The notes under the pieces were generated by a model, which saw only the letters and a program-made list of their open reading frames with translations, made no database searches and was not told where the DNA came from. Shown here one piece after another: positions 31,267 to 32,000 of a stretch of DNA of 32,000 bases (positions are counted from its first letter, which is position 1; every line of letters begins with the position of its first letter). Origin of the DNA: Chlamydiota bacterium. GTDB lineage: Bacteria > Auribacterota > JACPWU01. The stretch spans positions 1 to 32,000 of the forward strand of contig JACPWU010000054.1 of assembly GCA_016196885.1 (NCBI GenBank). The letters are read 5' to 3'. A program made the translations under genes and the position numbers.

Positions 31267-32000
31267 ATGCATTTAGACCTTCATATCATCTGGTTTATTT
31301 TGGTCGGAATGCTCATGACGGGTTACGCCCTGTTAGATGGCTTTGACCTGGGCGTAGGGGCTTTGCATCTTTGGACCCGCACGGATCAAAATCGGCGTAT
31401 CATGCTCAATGCGATTGGTCCTGTGTGGGATGGAAATGAAGTCTGGTTGGTAACGGGGGGAGGTGCTTTGTTTGCGGCTTTTCCAGAAGTTTACGCAACT
31501 GTTTTTTCAGGTTTTTACGAAGCGTTTATGTTGCTTCTTTTTGCTCTGATTTTTAGAGCGGTCGCCATTGAATTTAGAAGCAAGCGTCCCGGAGAAAAAT
31601 GGCACCTTTTGTGGGATGTCAGTTTTAGCGTGTCGAGTATTCTTTCAAGCTTTCTAATCGGAGTGGCGCTTGGAAATTTAGCGTGGGGAATTCCCCTTTC
31701 GGATCACAAAGAATTTATGGGAAATTTTTTCACGCTCCTTCATCCCTACAGCATTTTAGTCGGAATTCTTACAGTCGCTCTTTTTATGATGCATGGGGCC
31801 ATTTACATTGTTCTTAAGACAGAAGGAGCACTTCATGAACAAGCCCGAGGCTGGGTTAAAAATACCATGATTTTCTTTATTGTTATGTTTGCAATGACGA
31901 CGCTGGCCACGCTTCTTTATGCCCCTCAAATGTCGGATGTCATTCGCACTCACCCTGTTTTATTTCTGGTTCCTCTGCTCAACATTCTTTTCATCGCGAA
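31267..32000 (+). CDS. cydB: Cytochrome bd ubiquinol oxidase subunit II (3' end outside the window)
   Basis: Hand translation: MHLDLHIIWFILVGMLMTGYALLDGFDLGVGALHLW...GPVWDGNEVWLV, which are hallmark CydB motifs. AAGGTGA lies 7 nt upstream of ATG 31267. The frame stays open to nt 32000. Confidence 0.9.
   Translation, partial: MHLDLHIIWFILVGMLMTGYALLDGFDLGVGALHLWTRTDQNRRIMLNAIGPVWDGNEVWLVTGGGALFAAFPEVYATVFSGFYEAFMLLLFALIFRAVAIEFRSKRPGEKWHLLWDVSFSVSSILSSFLIGVALGNLAWGIPLSDHKEFMGNFFTLLHPYSILVGILTVALFMMHGAIYIVLKTEGALHEQARGWVKNTMIFFIVMFAMTTLATLLYAPQMSDVIRTHPVLFLVPLLNILFIA

Noticed and set aside
1-32000. A CRISPR array, tRNA, rRNA, tmRNA, integrase or transposase.
   Set aside because: The repeated hairpins are not regularly spaced with unique spacers. 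I saw no T-loop/acceptor-type tRNA signatures or rRNA-like segments. No ORF shows DDE, tyrosine-recombinase or serine-recombinase motifs.

Overview
This is a bacterial chromosomal window with moderate GC by eye. It uses Shine-Dalgarno sites and shows no convincing sign of a non-standard genetic code. All family calls come from motifs read by eye; no searches were run.

Gene content, left to right:
- the 3' part of a DUF4412-like gene
- a 54-aa CxxC-x17-CxxC gene with a near-consensus promoter and a terminator
- an ABC-F ATPase
- a type IV pilin-like H-X9-DG protein
- a DEAD-box helicase
- a DUF234-type AAA ATPase
- a ZIP metal transporter
- an MMPL/RND-superfamily exporter
- a secreted hypothetical protein
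- a TolC + AcrB-like RND pair with no adaptor gene
- an exported MsrB
- a ~2.1 kb decayed accessory patch (16.55-18.70 kb): a GIY-YIG remnant, a BrnA-like antitoxin beside a 5'-truncated BrnT, an ATPase gene with its AAA core deleted, and nested palindromic MITE-like elements
- a 7.9 kb ORF of 2630 aa
- a co-directional cluster of secreted, beta-trefoil and S/T-rich ORFs that looks interrupted by an in-frame TAG and a frameshift
- cydAB, with cydB running off the window

I recognised no rRNA, tRNA, CRISPR array, transposase or integrase.

The two most unusual things:
1. The giant ORF reads like three exported proteins joined in one frame. It contains an internal AAGGAGGG + TTG start signal directly ahead of a textbook lipoprotein signal peptide. 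It also contains a T-rich segment that looks like former intergenic DNA, ahead of a second signal peptide.
2. There is a rich population of ORF-less palindromic elements. Two families have clean 8-9 bp target-site duplications. One hairpin family shows compensatory arm changes and frames a degraded GIY-YIG gene.
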